Shown here one piece after another: positions 33,953 to 35,160 of a stretch of 35,160 nucleotides of DNA (the stretch's first letter is position 1; every line of letters starts with the position of its first letter). The stretch covers positions 1 to 35,160 of the forward strand of contig QHTZ01000096.1 in assembly GCA_003221005.1 (NCBI GenBank), in the 5' to 3' direction. Made by a program: the position numbers and the translations under genes. Under the pieces are notes generated by a model. It was not told where the DNA came from. It worked only from the letters and a program-made list of their open reading frames with translations, and searched no databases. The stretch is from Gemmatimonadota bacterium. Its GTDB lineage: Bacteria > Gemmatimonadota > Gemmatimonadetes > Gemmatimonadales > GWC2-71-9.

Positions 33953-34424
33953 TCCGCAGCGCTTCCGCGCCACGCTCTACGCCGTCGGCATCAATCGCTG
34001 CGTCGACGTTCCGGCCCGCGTCTCGCGGGCGCTCGGCGGCGCCGCCCGCATCCCGGTGCGCGGCGCGATTGGCGCAGTGGGCTTCGAGTCCACGCTCACG
34101 CCACGGGGGCACGGCCGCCACCGGCTGTTCGTCCACAGCCGCGTGTGGCGCACCCTGGGCGTAGACCGGGGAGCCGCAGTCACCGTGACCCTCGAGCCCG
34201 CGACCCCGCGCCCCGTCTCCGTGCCCCCGCTGCCGCCGGACCTGCGCGGGGCGCTCGGCCGGCGCCCCCTCGCCGCACGCGCCTTTTCGGCGCTCACGCC
34301 CACGCTGAAACGCGAGGTGATCCGCTGGCTCACCGCCGCCAAGCGCCCCGACACGCGGGAACGGCGCCTGGAGGTGGGACTCGAACGCATCGAGGAGCGC
34401 TACCAACGTCAGAGGCGACCATGA
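33945..34424 (+). CDS. DUF1905 / YdeI-OmpD-associated family protein
   Basis: VDVP...IPVRG.I...F.STL.P.G (DUF1905-like) and LPPDL..AL...A.AF..LTP..KRE.IRWL..AKRPDTRERR (OmdA-like). Confidence 0.8.
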   Translation: MPDPQRFRATLYAVGINRCVDVPARVSRALGGAARIPVRGAIGAVGFESTLTPRGHGRHRLFVHSRVWRTLGVDRGAAVTVTLEPATPRPVSVPPLPPDLRGALGRRPLAARAFSALTPTLKREVIRWLTAAKRPDTRERRLEVGLERIEERYQRQRRP

Positions 34425-34627
34425 ACGAAGAAGCCTTCAACCTCTCGGTGCGCAAGTTCCTCAAGCACTTCGGCATCACGGCGCAGCGCGAGATCGAGAA
34501 GAGCGTTTACGCGGCGATTAACGCGGGCAAGCTCAAGGGGACCGAGATGCTCATGGCGCGGGCTCGCCTTGAGATCCAGGGACTGCCGATGGACCTCGTT
34601 ATCGAGCAGGAGATCACGCTCGCGTAG
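34421..34627 (+). CDS. Small conserved protein (DUF6494-like)
   Basis: ATGA coupling to the previous gene; MNEEAFNLSVRKFLKHFGITAQREIEK. Confidence 0.7.
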   Translation: MNEEAFNLSVRKFLKHFGITAQREIEKSVYAAINAGKLKGTEMLMARARLEIQGLPMDLVIEQEITLA

Positions 34628-34633
34628 CGACTG

Positions 34634-34664
34634 TTGCCCGTCGCCACGAGCCTAGCGAAGTTGT
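34634..34664 (+). promoter_or_regulatory. Putative tRNA-Gln promoter
   Basis: TTGCCC-N17-GAAGTT, in the same register as the tRNA-Ser upstream motif. Confidence 0.55.
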
Positions 34665-34681
34665 AGCCACCGCACCGGCGC

Positions 34682-34752
34682 TGGCCCCTCGTCCAATGGC
34701 AGGACACCGGACTTTGGATCCGGGAATGGTGGTTCGAGCCCACCGGGGCCAA
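34682..34752 (+). tRNA. tRNA-Gln(TTG)
   Basis: Acceptor TGGCCCC/GGGGCCA (U1-A72), anticodon arm CCGGA-CTTTGGA-TCCGG, T arm GGTGG-TTCGAGC-CCACC; CCA not encoded. Confidence 0.96.
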
Positions 34753-34819
34753 CTGCCCGTGAAGCCGGGTCAACTCCAGATCCGGTTGGCAACGGCGAGT
34801 CTAGCGCTGGTCCCCCAAC

Positions 34820-34843
34820 GGCGGTTTGTTCGCCTTTGCTTTT
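34820..34843 (+). terminator. Possible weak intrinsic terminator after tRNA-Gln
   Basis: GGCGG-TTTGT-TCGCC stem (one G-U pair) followed by TTTGCTTTT. Confidence 0.35.
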
Positions 34844-34900
34844 GGGGGCTCCTGGCAGCCCACTGGGGGCCGACCAACACGTCGTTTGGAGGAACCGCAT

Positions 34901-35160
34901 ATGAGGATTCGTTCACGCTCGCTCCACAGGCTGCTGCTGCGCACGCTCGCCGTCGCGCTCTTAGGCCTTCTCGCCGCGGGGGCACACGCGCCGGCGCAGA
35001 CCTGGACCGTGTATCCGAAAGCCAGTCTCGCCTGGTGGCAGGTAGATCCCCATTTAGGCCACCTGTGGGCGACGACGTGCCCCGAGGAGCCCTCGTGGAA
35101 GCCCGGTGCGGGGCACAGCTCGGGGTTTGGCAGCAATCCGGCGCTCATGAACGCACGCGA
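34901..35160 (+). CDS. Second YceI-like secreted protein, paralogue of 6585-7370; runs off the window edge
   Basis: Not in the ORF track. GGAGG RBS, ATG 34901, signal peptide, then WTVYPKASLAWWQVDPHLGHLWATTCPEEPSWKPGAGHSSGF. Confidence 0.85.
   Translation, partial: MRIRSRSLHRLLLRTLAVALLGLLAAGAHAPAQTWTVYPKASLAWWQVDPHLGHLWATTCPEEPSWKPGAGHSSGFGSNPALMNAR

Overview
High-GC bacterial chromosomal segment. Gene content and style suggest Gemmatimonadota (inference). Left to right: (1) a minus-strand envelope/signalling block: DUF4956 membrane protein, an Omp85/BamA-type barrel with an N-terminal atypical-kinase-like domain, an Ig-like lipoprotein, a Zn-ribbon Ser/Thr kinase with PEGA domain, and a TPR/Ig protein cut by the window edge; (2) an accessory region (about 6.5-14.1 kb) with a YceI-like protein, a lipoprotein and an extended chromate-resistance-type locus (DUF1259 divergent from chrB, chrA, a ChrB C-terminal-domain gene, a YncE propeller and DUF1080); (3) tRNA-Ser(GCT) and a gltX lacking the Zn-binding insertion; (4) a tightly packed 12.7-kb minus-strand run: trxA, hypothetical, rsmI, DUF4159, DUF4175-like, TPR, GATase-like, JAB-DinG, hypothetical; (5) mce, pdxJ, a pseudo-Hpt protein, a flippase-like protein, ispE, three small genes, tRNA-Gln(TTG) and a second, partial YceI-like paralogue. 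Main unexplained signals: three hairpins built from 7- or 8-nt tandem repeats with inverted arms, all at gene 5' ends and two translated in frame in export-signal regions; a near-identical non-canonical promoter motif before both tRNA genes; the DUF4956 plus kinase-Omp85 pair; and an apparent in-frame deletion in chrA. All calls are by eye from motifs; no database search was run.
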